Positions 17,717 to 26,009 of a DNA stretch of 64,000 nt are shown piece by piece. This DNA comes from an uncultured bacterium. Its GTDB lineage: Bacteria; Verrucomicrobiota; Kiritimatiellia; RFP12; UBA1067. The notes below the pieces were generated by a model. The model ran no database searches. It worked only from the letters and a program-made list of their open reading frames with translations, and was not told the origin of the DNA. Each line of letters begins with the position of its first letter. The stretch's first letter is position 1. Location: positions 7,757 through 71,756 of the forward strand of contig CACYQU010000006.1 of NCBI GenBank assembly GCA_902776615.1, in the 5' to 3' direction. A program made the position numbers and the translations under genes.

Positions 17717-18045
17717 CCGAGGAGGAACTGATCCGCAACCGCAATGTCGACGCGGTGCGCTACTTCGGCGAGCTGGCTGTGACGAATGTAGTGGTGTCGC
17801 TCAACGGCGTCGAGACCGCCTGCAAGGTTGAAGGTTCATACACCTTCGACGCATCCGGAGAGACTGTCGGCGGCAAGAGAGTCGTCGGTTATTACACAGA
17901 GGAGCTTGGCGCCAACGGCGAGTGGACTAACAAGAAGTGGAATAACGGGACTGAATACACCTATACCGAAGCGACCGCCAATGGCAAGACGATCCGTCTT
18001 ACCTGGAGCGGCCCGCGTCCAGGCATGATGATTATCGTTTGGTAA
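17710..18045 (+). CDS. C-terminal 111 codons of the same LamG protein in the -1 frame
   Basis: LTEEELIRNRNVDAVRYFGELAVTNVVVSL...TIRLTWSGPRPGMMIIVW completes the third repeat exactly as in repeats 1 and 2. Adding one G to the GGG run at 17702-17704 restores one frame (..LGGWGGGDRVLTEEEL..). Confidence 0.8.
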   Translation: MLTEEELIRNRNVDAVRYFGELAVTNVVVSLNGVETACKVEGSYTFDASGETVGGKRVVGYYTEELGANGEWTNKKWNNGTEYTYTEATANGKTIRLTWSGPRPGMMIIVW

Positions 18046-18081
18046 CAGATAAATCGCATGAACTGCGAAATATGACAGAAG

Positions 18082-18108
18082 GGCACCCAGCGATGGGTGC
18101 CTTTCTGT
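18082..18108 (+). terminator. intrinsic terminator after the LamG gene
   Basis: GGCACCCA (18082-18089), loop GCGA, TGGGTGCC (18094-18101), then TTTCTGT. Confidence 0.7.
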
Positions 18109-18160
18109 ATGCCGAATCTCCCTCAAAAACCTTGGTGAAAAACTTTTTTCAGGTTGGTGG

Positions 18161-18190
18161 TTGAATGTCGGACATGAAATATGATATACT
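18161..18190 (+). promoter_or_regulatory. promoter of the tRNA-Gly/Leu/Ser cluster
   Basis: TTGAAT (18161-18166), 18-nt spacer, TGaTATACT (-10 at 18185-18190). Same architecture as the tRNA-Cys promoter. Confidence 0.55.
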
Positions 18191-18209
18191 ATGTCCCGTT
18201 CGTCTGTAA

Positions 18210-18283
18210 GCGGGCGTAGCTCAATGGCAGAGCTCCAGCCTTCCAAGCTGGCTACGAGGGTTCGATTCCCTTCGCCCGCTCCA
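18210..18283 (+). tRNA. tRNA-Gly (anticodon UCC)
   Basis: GCGGGCG acceptor pairs with CGCCCGC; anticodon loop CTTCCAA; GGTTCGATTCC T-loop; encoded CCA. Confidence 0.95.
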
Positions 18284-18293
18284 TGGTCGGCAC

Positions 18294-18379
18294 GCCAGGG
18301 TGGCGTAATGGCAGCCGCGGCAGACTCAAAATCTGCTATACGCGAGTATGTGCGGGTTCGAGTCCCGCTCCTGGCACCA
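18294..18379 (+). tRNA. tRNA-Leu (anticodon CAA), class II
   Basis: GCCAGGGTGGCGTAATGG D-arm typical of tRNA-Leu; anticodon stem-loop GCAGA-CTCAAAA-TCTGC; long variable arm; GGTTCGAGTCC T-loop; CCA. Confidence 0.95.
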
Positions 18380-18403
18380 GTGCTTGAGACGAACGATGCG
18401 ATT

Positions 18404-18493
18404 GGAGGGGTGTCCGAGTGGTCGATGGTGCAACCTTGGAAAGGTTGTGTGGGGGCAACTCCACCGGGGGTTCGAATCCCCCCCCCTCCGCCA
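18404..18493 (+). tRNA. tRNA-Ser (anticodon GGA), class II
   Basis: GGAGGGG acceptor; anticodon stem-loop CAACC-TTGGAAA-GGTTG; long variable arm; GGTTCGAATCC T-loop; CCA. Confidence 0.95.
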
Positions 18494-18534
18494 GTTTTAT
18501 ATGCAGTCGCCGCCATGAAAGGATCAATGTAGGT

Positions 18535-20385
18535 ATGATAAGAGTTAGGGTGTTTTTGGCGTTTGTTGCAAGCGTCGCGCTTTATGCGCATGCCGAGGGT
18601 ATGTTGACCGAGGCGAATTCACAGGTCATAAAGGAAGTCTCGTTGGAAACCGAGTTCGTCGTATGCGGCGGTGGATTGAGCGGACTCTCTGCGGCGGTTT
18701 CTGCCGCGCGCCATGGAACGAAGGTTGTGCTCATCCAGGCGCGGCCAATGCTGGGCGGCAATACGTCGAGCGAAATGCGGATGGGCATCATGGGCGCCTA
18801 CAAGGATGAGAACAAAGAGGCTGGAATACTCGAAGAACTTCAGCTGAAGAACTTTTACTACAATCCTCTCATGCGCTATACGCTTTGGGATGACGTGATG
18901 TATTCGACGGTTGTGCAAGAGCCGAACATCACTCTTCTCCTGAACACGTGCGTGGACGGAGTTGTCATGGACGGCGAGCGTATCGCTGCCGTCAAAGCGT
19001 GGAACGGCGATGCATATACGCGCTATCTCATCAAGGGCCGTCAGTTCGCGGATTGCACGGGCGACGGGATTCTGCGGCTTTCGGGCGCAAAGTTTCGCCA
19101 TGGCCGCGAGTTGCCGTCCGAATTCAATGAGACGTATCTGGAGGAGGGCGGCGATGCCAAGACGATGGGCAGTTCGATTCTGCTGCAGCTGCGCCGCACA
19201 AAGGAGCATCGTCCGTTTGTGCCTCCGCCATGGGCCCACAAGTACACCGACGAAGACTTCGCCCATCCTGACGAGCCCCTGCCGCCCGGTGCCATGCGCG
19301 TCAACTACAAGCGTCCTTTCCCGGAAGGCAACAACTTCTGGTGGATTGAGTTCGGCGGTGAGCTGAACACGATCCACGACGCGAACGACATACAGTTTGA
19401 GCTTAAGAAGATCGCCTACGGCGTGTGGGCGTATATCAAGAATCATCCGGATGGACGCGCGAAGAACTACGAGTTGGACTGGATAGGTTCGCTTCCCGGC
19501 AAGCGCGAGTCCACGCGCTTCATCGGGCCGCACATCCTCACTCAGGGCGATGTGCTTTCGGGCGGACACTTCGAGGATGTTGTCGCCTACGGCGGCTGGA
19601 AGCTTGACGACCACCATGTGGCGGCATTCAACAGCAAGACGCATTCCTCGGTGGAGTACGAGTGCCCCTCGCCGTTCGGCATTCCGTTCGACTGCCTATA
19701 TTCTGTCAATGTGCCGAACCTTATGTTCGCCGGGCGCGACATCTCGGCGACGCACATGGGGCTTTCGTCCACGCGCGTAATGGCGACATGCGCCATGCTC
19801 GGGCAGGCGGTGGGTATTGCGGCGTCCATGCTTGTCGATTATGGCATCGACCCTGCGCAACTGCGGCGCGAGCGCATTGCAGAGTTGCAGACGAAGCTTG
19901 AAGACGACGACTGCATGCTGCCGTTCAGGTGGCGCAAGGTTTCGCCGCTGACGGCAGAAGCCAAGTGCTCAGACGAAGTGACGGCGCTCAAGAATGGCAT
20001 CGACCGCAATTACGCCGGAGAGGATAATGGCGTTTGGCTGGACGCCGGCGACGAAAAGATCGTCTATACGTGGGAAGAGCCGCGGCATATCGCCGGCGCA
20101 CGGCTGATTTTTGATTCCAACATGACGTTCACCGGCAAGCGCATGCGCAAGCTGGAGATGACGACAACGCCCGCGAAGATGCCGGCGATGCTGGCCAAGG
20201 GCTTCCGGATTGACGCCCGCGTCGGCGGCGGGTGGAAGACTGTCTATCGCGACGGGCTGAACATTTTGCGCTTTCGCAAGGTGGCGTTTGGGCCTGTGGA
20301 CGCCGATGCGCTGCGCCTCGTAGTGACGGAAACGTGGGGCGGACCGGGCGAGAAGGCTCATGTCTTTGCGCTTGATGCGCTGTGA
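18535..20385 (+). CDS. secreted FAD-dependent oxidoreductase (FAD_oxidored type) with C-terminal beta-sandwich domain
   Basis: Start trimmed to ATG 18535, after tRNA-Ser. Signal peptide MIRVRVFLAFVASVALYAHA; dinucleotide fold FVVCGGGLSGLSAAVSAARHGTKVVLIQARPMLGGNTSSEMR. Paralog of 47819-49777. Confidence 0.85.
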   Translation: MIRVRVFLAFVASVALYAHAEGMLTEANSQVIKEVSLETEFVVCGGGLSGLSAAVSAARHGTKVVLIQARPMLGGNTSSEMRMGIMGAYKDENKEAGILEELQLKNFYYNPLMRYTLWDDVMYSTVVQEPNITLLLNTCVDGVVMDGERIAAVKAWNGDAYTRYLIKGRQFADCTGDGILRLSGAKFRHGRELPSEFNETYLEEGGDAKTMGSSILLQLRRTKEHRPFVPPPWAHKYTDEDFAHPDEPLPPGAMRVNYKRPFPEGNNFWWIEFGGELNTIHDANDIQFELKKIAYGVWAYIKNHPDGRAKNYELDWIGSLPGKRESTRFIGPHILTQGDVLSGGHFEDVVAYGGWKLDDHHVAAFNSKTHSSVEYECPSPFGIPFDCLYSVNVPNLMFAGRDISATHMGLSSTRVMATCAMLGQAVGIAASMLVDYGIDPAQLRRERIAELQTKLEDDDCMLPFRWRKVSPLTAEAKCSDEVTALKNGIDRNYAGEDNGVWLDAGDEKIVYTWEEPRHIAGARLIFDSNMTFTGKRMRKLEMTTTPAKMPAMLAKGFRIDARVGGGWKTVYRDGLNILRFRKVAFGPVDADALRLVVTETWGGPGEKAHVFALDAL

Positions 20386-20528
20386 CGGCGGTCTCATTTC
20401 CACTGGGCTTCTTCATGACATTTCGACACGCTTCGTCCCGGATTCTCCGGGATGATCGTGATACGACGTCGTGTCAATTGACTGTTGCGCATCTGCTGAG
20501 GGTTTGGTAATATATTACACGGTAGGAC

Positions 20529-21950
20529 ATGAAGAAAATGAATGTACAGAGACGCTCTTTCATCGCCGGATTGGCAACATTGGGGATTGCACCGTCCGTT
20601 TTGTCGAACGACGCGCCGGCGCTTGTGCGGCATGATGTTGTTGTTGTCGGCGGAGGACCTGCCGGTGTTTGTGCGGCGATAGCTGCGGCGCGGCATGGCG
20701 CCGATGTTCTAGTTGTGGAGCAAGGCAACTGTCTTGGCGGCATGGCTACCCAGGGCCTTGTCGGACCTTTCATGACCTGTTACGACACAACGGGCGAAGT
20801 GCAGCTCATAAAAGGAATCTTCGATGAAATCGTCCGTCGCATGGTGTCCATCGGCGGTGCGATACATCCGAGCGAAGTCCGAAAGGGAACCTCGTTCGCG
20901 GCATGGCACACTGTGGGGCATGATCATCTGACGCCATTCGAGCCCGAAGCCCTTAAATTCGTTCTCGACGACATATGCGCGGAGTCTGGCGTGAAGGTTC
21001 TCTACCATGCCACATTTACAGCGCCAATGATGGAAGGGAACCGCATCTCCGGCGTGGAGGTTTTCACCAAAGCGGGATTCAAGCGTATTGGCGCTTCGGT
21101 TGTCATCGATGCTACGGGCGATGGCGACGTGGCGTTCCGAGCGGGTGCGCCGTGTGAACTAGGCGATACCGAACGCGCCTGCGCGATGCAGCCAGCTACG
21201 ATGTTTTTCCGCATAGGCAATCTGCCCGAGACCGCAGTGGAGGCTGTGCGCGCAAAATATCCGCAGGACAACCGGGCGTTCATGACATTGCTGAAACAGG
21301 CCAGGGCGGACGGAAGCTGGAGCATTCCCCGTCCGCACATAAACATATACCGTGGAGTGAAGAGCGACGAGTGGTTCGTCAATGTGTCGCGTCTTACGGG
21401 CGTGGACGGCACGGAGCCTGAAAGCCTGTCCAATGGCGAAACGCAGGGGCGCAGGCAGGTGCGCGAAACAATCGCCTTTTTGCGCAAGTATGTGCCTGGC
21501 GCGCAGGATTTGCGCCTGCTGTCCACGGCGTCAACGCTCGGTATTCGCGAGACGCGCCATGTTCAGGGAGAGTATGTGCTCGGGAAGGACGACATACTTG
21601 AGGGGCGGCGACCTTCCGACAGCGTTGTTCTGTGCTCCAACTCGATCGATCTGCACGGCGGTGCCGGCAGATCGGGCACTTTGTATATTGCCGTAAAGAA
21701 CGGCACGTCATACGGCGTGCCATACCGTTCGCTTGTTCCGCAGAAGGTGGAAGGTCTGCTTGTCGCCGGGCGTTGCGTTTCGGCGACATCGGTTGCGGCG
21801 GCCGCAATTCGCGTTGTGCCGCCGTGCATGGCGATGGGGCAGGCCGCCGGAACTGCGGCTGCGATGGCGGTGGCTGGTAGTGTCGCGCCTCGCGGTGTGG
21901 ACGCGGCGGCGCTCGTCGCCACGCTTCGCGCAGACGGAGTTGCGATATGA
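20529..21950 (+). CDS. Tat-signal FAD-dependent oxidoreductase
   Basis: QRRSFIAGLATLG twin-arginine signal; VVVVGGGPAGVCAAIAAARHGADVLVVEQGNCLGGMAT Rossmann motif. Confidence 0.85.
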   Translation: MKKMNVQRRSFIAGLATLGIAPSVLSNDAPALVRHDVVVVGGGPAGVCAAIAAARHGADVLVVEQGNCLGGMATQGLVGPFMTCYDTTGEVQLIKGIFDEIVRRMVSIGGAIHPSEVRKGTSFAAWHTVGHDHLTPFEPEALKFVLDDICAESGVKVLYHATFTAPMMEGNRISGVEVFTKAGFKRIGASVVIDATGDGDVAFRAGAPCELGDTERACAMQPATMFFRIGNLPETAVEAVRAKYPQDNRAFMTLLKQARADGSWSIPRPHINIYRGVKSDEWFVNVSRLTGVDGTEPESLSNGETQGRRQVRETIAFLRKYVPGAQDLRLLSTASTLGIRETRHVQGEYVLGKDDILEGRRPSDSVVLCSNSIDLHGGAGRSGTLYIAVKNGTSYGVPYRSLVPQKVEGLLVAGRCVSATSVAAAAIRVVPPCMAMGQAAGTAAAMAVAGSVAPRGVDAAALVATLRADGVAI

Positions 21951-22013
21951 CGGAGGAGCGTGGCGACAAGTGCAATGAACGCGTATAAACACAAATGTTC
22001 AAGGGCTAAGGAA

Positions 22014-23960
22014 ATGAAGTCGATGATGAAGCGAATCGCATTGATTGCCGCTGGAGTGGCTGTTGGATTGGCTGTTGCTTGCGAGGGCGCCGGGTTTCGT
22101 CCGCCGAGCGTGCCGATTGTGTCGTGCGATCCTTTTTTCTCGGTGTGGTCGCCGTCCGAAGACCCAACATTGGCGGACACGGAAAACTGGTTTGGCGCGA
22201 AGCAGCCGATTAAAGTGTTCGTGGAGATCGACGGGACGCGGTGGCGGCTTATGGGCGCGAAGGCCGATCTCGGACGGCGCGACAGGGCGGCGGACGTTCC
22301 GGCGCTGAAGTGTGTCGGTTGCGAGGTGCGTCCGCTCACATCCGTATTCCGCTACTCTGACGGACGCCACGAAGTAGAGTTGTCTTTCATGACGCCGAAA
22401 ATGGCCGACGACCTTGATGTGTTCACGCGTCCTGTCACTTATGGAACGGTGCGTGTTTCGGGCGCAGAGAACGTGCGAACGTTCGTAGAGATTTCGCCGG
22501 CGCTCGCCACCAACGACGACAATGCGGAGATGGTCACGAACAGACTCTCGGTGTCGGGCCTGGACGCTGTCGCGATTGGTCGCAAAGAGCAGCAGCCTCT
22601 TTCGATGAAGGGCGACTGCGTCCGCTGCGACTGGGGATGGGCGTATCTCGTGAATCCCGTCTCCGAAGGGGCGGAAAGCCACTTCATTCTGGCTTACGAT
22701 GACATTGCGGGGCTGATGTTCCTCGACGAGACGCTTCCGGCGTGGTGGAGACGCGAGGGAATGTCGTTCGAGGCGATGCTTGCCGCGGCAGAGGCGGAAT
22801 ACGCGGCGCTCGTGGAAAAAGCAGATGCGTTTGACGTTGGCATGACGAAACGCATGACGGCGGTCGGCGGCGAAAAGTACGCCCAGCTGTGTGCGCTCGC
22901 CTACCGACAGAGCTTTGCGGCATGTCAGGTGGTTGCTGCGAAGAACGGCCATCCGCTCATGTTCTCGAAGGAGAACACATCCAACGGCTCAATGGGAACG
23001 GTGGACGTCTTCTATCCGCAACTGCCGCTGCTTCTGTTGGAGTCGACGGTTCTCACGCGCGCATCGCTAGAGCCGATAATGGTATATGCGGCAAGCGGAA
23101 GGTGGCAGTTCGACTACGCGCCGCACGACGTCGGAACGTATCCGCTCGGCAACGGGCAGACATACCACATGACCGACCGCAAGACCGGTCAGATGCGCCC
23201 CGATGCGGACAGGATGCCGATAGAGGAGTGCGGCAACATGCTTATATCGCTGTGTGCGCTGGCTGTGGTCGAAGACTCGCCGTCGCTTGCCGGGGAATAC
23301 TGGGACCATGTCACGCGCTGGGTTGAGTATCTCGAGAGCTTCGGCTTCGACCCTGGTGAACAGTTGTGCACCGACGACTTCGCGGGCCATCTCTCGCACA
23401 ACGCAAACCTTTCGCTGAAGTCCATAATGGCATTTGCGGCGTATGCGCATCTTGCGGAGCTTCGCGGGCTGAAAGACGTGGCTGCGAAGTATCGCGCTCT
23501 CGCCGAGGATGCCGTGCCGCGCTGGATCAAGGCTGCGGAGGGCGGCGCGGCGGGAGGGTTCCGTCTGGCGTTCGACCGGCCTGGAACGTGGAGCCAGAAG
23601 TACAATCTCGTCTGGGATCGCGTGCTCGGCTTCGGGATCTTCCCGAAAGAAGTTGCGGAACGGGAGCTTGCGGCGTACAGGAAGCTCGCGCAACCGTTTG
23701 GACTCGCTCTCGACAACCGCAGCGAGTACACCAAGGCCGACTGGATATTCTGGACGGCGGCGCTTGCCGGAAGCCGTGCGGAACTCGATTTCCACACCGG
23801 CCTTGTGTGGCGCTACGCAGACGAAACCCCGGACCGCAGTCCATTCCCCGACTGGTACTTCGCGAACAATGCGCGAGTAAGGGGCTTTCTCGGGCGCAGC
23901 GTGATAGGTGGCGTGTTCATGCCTGCATACGCCGAGAAAGCCGCAGAGGAGAAGAAATGA
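22014..23960 (+). CDS. glutaminase-A-like (DUF4965/DUF5127/DUF1793-type) putative glycoside hydrolase, lipoprotein
   Basis: Start at AAGGAA-ATG 22014 (MKSMMKRIALIAAGVAVGLAVAC lipobox). N-terminal PSVPIVSCDPFFSVWSP and later VDVFYPQLPLLLL and CTDDFAGHLSHNANLSLKSIMAFAAYA blocks resemble this family. Recognition is from memory only. Confidence 0.65.
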   Translation: MKSMMKRIALIAAGVAVGLAVACEGAGFRPPSVPIVSCDPFFSVWSPSEDPTLADTENWFGAKQPIKVFVEIDGTRWRLMGAKADLGRRDRAADVPALKCVGCEVRPLTSVFRYSDGRHEVELSFMTPKMADDLDVFTRPVTYGTVRVSGAENVRTFVEISPALATNDDNAEMVTNRLSVSGLDAVAIGRKEQQPLSMKGDCVRCDWGWAYLVNPVSEGAESHFILAYDDIAGLMFLDETLPAWWRREGMSFEAMLAAAEAEYAALVEKADAFDVGMTKRMTAVGGEKYAQLCALAYRQSFAACQVVAAKNGHPLMFSKENTSNGSMGTVDVFYPQLPLLLLESTVLTRASLEPIMVYAASGRWQFDYAPHDVGTYPLGNGQTYHMTDRKTGQMRPDADRMPIEECGNMLISLCALAVVEDSPSLAGEYWDHVTRWVEYLESFGFDPGEQLCTDDFAGHLSHNANLSLKSIMAFAAYAHLAELRGLKDVAAKYRALAEDAVPRWIKAAEGGAAGGFRLAFDRPGTWSQKYNLVWDRVLGFGIFPKEVAERELAAYRKLAQPFGLALDNRSEYTKADWIFWTAALAGSRAELDFHTGLVWRYADETPDRSPFPDWYFANNARVRGFLGRSVIGGVFMPAYAEKAAEEKK

Positions 23961-24895
23961 CATCAAGAAGAGCGTTCATTGGAGGAATTGCGGCGGCAGG
24001 CGGACTTTCCGTCGTAAAGGCGGCTTCGGCGCCCGGCGCGCGGCAGATGCGGGGCGTGTTGGACGGGAATCTTGTCGCGTTCATATCTGACATGCATGTC
24101 AATGGACTGCGCAAGGAGGTGCCGACGCACTGTTATGAAGAGGAATGGCTGCGCAAGACGGTTTCGGCGATTCTCGCGCTCGAGCCGCTGCCGGCGAACG
24201 TCGTGTGCTTCGGCGACATCGCGTATCACTGGGGCCAGCCGGAGGACTACCCGCTTGCCGCGTCTATTCTGAAACCGCTTGAGGACGCAGGAATAAGGCT
24301 TACGCTCGGCCTTGGCAATCACGATCGGCGAGACAACTTTCTCGCACAGTGGCCTGAATACGTCACGACTTCTCCAGTTCCCGGGCGTATTGTCTCGAAA
24401 GTGGAGTTGCCGCATGTTGATTTGCTGATGCTTGATACGCTCAACGCCCTTGAGGTGGAGAAGTTCAAGAAGTCCAGGCCAGGCGATATGGATGATGCCC
24501 AGCGCGAATGGCTGCACGAGACGCTGAAAGCGGCGACGAAGCCGGTTCTTACCTGTGCGCACCACAAACCGAATGAGGATAAGGTGGCTCTGACGGGGCT
24601 GCTGACGGGCTCTGCCGCGTGCAAGGGGCACATTCACGGCCATTGGCACAAATGGGCACGAGACTTCATGCACAACGGCTGGGAACATCAGCATGTAAAA
24701 CCTTATGTCGGGCTTCCGTCGACGGGGCATTGGGGCGATATAGGCTTTGCCACGATGCGTGTTTTTCGCGACCGCGTGGAGATCACGAACCACCAGAGCG
24801 ATTTCTTCTTCACGGGAGGGCCGTGCGATGGCCAGCCCATGCGGAACGACATAGTAAAAGAACTTGATGGACAGAAGGTGACATTGAGAATCTAA
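23957..24895 (+). CDS. Tat-signal calcineurin-like metallophosphoesterase
   Basis: ATGA overlap with the upstream gene. SRRAFIGGIAAAG signal; FISDMHV, FGDIAY, LGNHD, CAHHKP and GHIHGHWH metal-site motifs. Paralog of 45960-46976. Confidence 0.85.
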   Translation: MTSRRAFIGGIAAAGGLSVVKAASAPGARQMRGVLDGNLVAFISDMHVNGLRKEVPTHCYEEEWLRKTVSAILALEPLPANVVCFGDIAYHWGQPEDYPLAASILKPLEDAGIRLTLGLGNHDRRDNFLAQWPEYVTTSPVPGRIVSKVELPHVDLLMLDTLNALEVEKFKKSRPGDMDDAQREWLHETLKAATKPVLTCAHHKPNEDKVALTGLLTGSAACKGHIHGHWHKWARDFMHNGWEHQHVKPYVGLPSTGHWGDIGFATMRVFRDRVEITNHQSDFFFTGGPCDGQPMRNDIVKELDGQKVTLRI

Positions 24896-24935
24896 CCACA
24901 AACAAGGCTGTACAACAGACAAAGGAAAAAACAAA

Positions 24936-26006
24936 ATGGCTACAATAGCAATAATAGGTTCGGGCATGATGGGCAGCGCGCTGGCGTTTCCCGCCCGGGA
25001 AAACGGGAACACCGTAAGGTTGGTGGGCACCCCGCTCGACAGAGAAATCATCGACGAGTGCCGCAAGACCAACCGGCATCCAAAATTCGCAAAGCACTTC
25101 CCGAAGGGGATTCCGCCTTTCCCGGCCGGATGCGAATTCTATCAGATCGAGGAGATGTCCGAGGCGTTGAAGGGCGTCGATTTCGTGATCGGCGGCGTAT
25201 CAAGCTTCGGCGTGGACTGGTTCGGCGAAGAGGTGCTGCCGAAGCTGCCGCCCGAACTGCCGGTTCTTTCGGTCACCAAGGGACTGATGGATACGCCCGA
25301 CGGCAGGCTGCTTACATATCCCGACGTATGGGAGTCTCGCCTTGCCGAGAAGGGCATCAAGCGCACGATTTGCGCCATTGGCGGACCTTGCACCAGCTAC
25401 GAGCTTGTCGCCCACGATCAGACCGAAGTTGCGTTCTGCGGAAAGGACATGGCGACATTGCGCATGCTCAAATCGGCGATGGCGACAGACTACTACCACA
25501 TTTCGCTCTCCACCGATGTTACGGGAATAGAAAGCGCGGTTGCATTGAAGAATGGTTACGCACTTGGTATTGCGCTTACGATCGGTCTCAATCAGAAGGC
25601 GTTCGGTCTCGATTCCGAGTTGCACTTCAACTCGCAGGCCGCGGTGTTTGGCCAGGCTGTCAAGGAGATGAAGAAACTTCTCGATCTGCAGGGCGCAGGC
25701 ACGCTCGAAAACCTCTGTGTCGGCGCAGGCGATCTCTATGTGACGGTCTACGGCGGCCGTACGCGGCTCGTTGGCATACTGCTTGGCCGCGGAATGAACA
25801 TCGACGAAGCCAAAGCGGAACTGAAGGGCGTTACGCTTGAGTCGCTTGTCGTCGCAGTGCGCGTTGCACGGGCGGTCAAGGTGCTCTGCGCCGACGGCAG
25901 GCTGGATGCGAAGGACTTCCCGCTGCTGATGCACATTGACGAGATACTTACTGACAAGAAGCCTGTTGCAATACCGTGGGAGACGTTCACATTCGAACGA
26001 GGCTGA
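24936..26006 (+). CDS. gpsA: NAD(P)-dependent glycerol-3-phosphate dehydrogenase family protein
   Basis: IAIIGSGMMGSALAF Rossmann motif, SVTKGL and IGGPCTSYELV blocks matching the GpsA family layout. Confidence 0.75.
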   Translation: MATIAIIGSGMMGSALAFPARENGNTVRLVGTPLDREIIDECRKTNRHPKFAKHFPKGIPPFPAGCEFYQIEEMSEALKGVDFVIGGVSSFGVDWFGEEVLPKLPPELPVLSVTKGLMDTPDGRLLTYPDVWESRLAEKGIKRTICAIGGPCTSYELVAHDQTEVAFCGKDMATLRMLKSAMATDYYHISLSTDVTGIESAVALKNGYALGIALTIGLNQKAFGLDSELHFNSQAAVFGQAVKEMKKLLDLQGAGTLENLCVGAGDLYVTVYGGRTRLVGILLGRGMNIDEAKAELKGVTLESLVVAVRVARAVKVLCADGRLDAKDFPLLMHIDEILTDKKPVAIPWETFTFERG

Positions 26007-26009
26007 CAG

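Noticed and set aside
18371-18386. Sigma-54 promoter-like TGGCAC..TTG element
   Set aside because: It lies inside the tRNA-Leu 3' end, and the GG-to-GC spacing is off by one relative to TGGCAC-N5-TTGC.
18418-18534. N-terminal extension of the FAD-oxidoreductase ORF
   Set aside because: It overlaps tRNA-Ser (18404-18493). A good signal peptide begins at ATG 18535.
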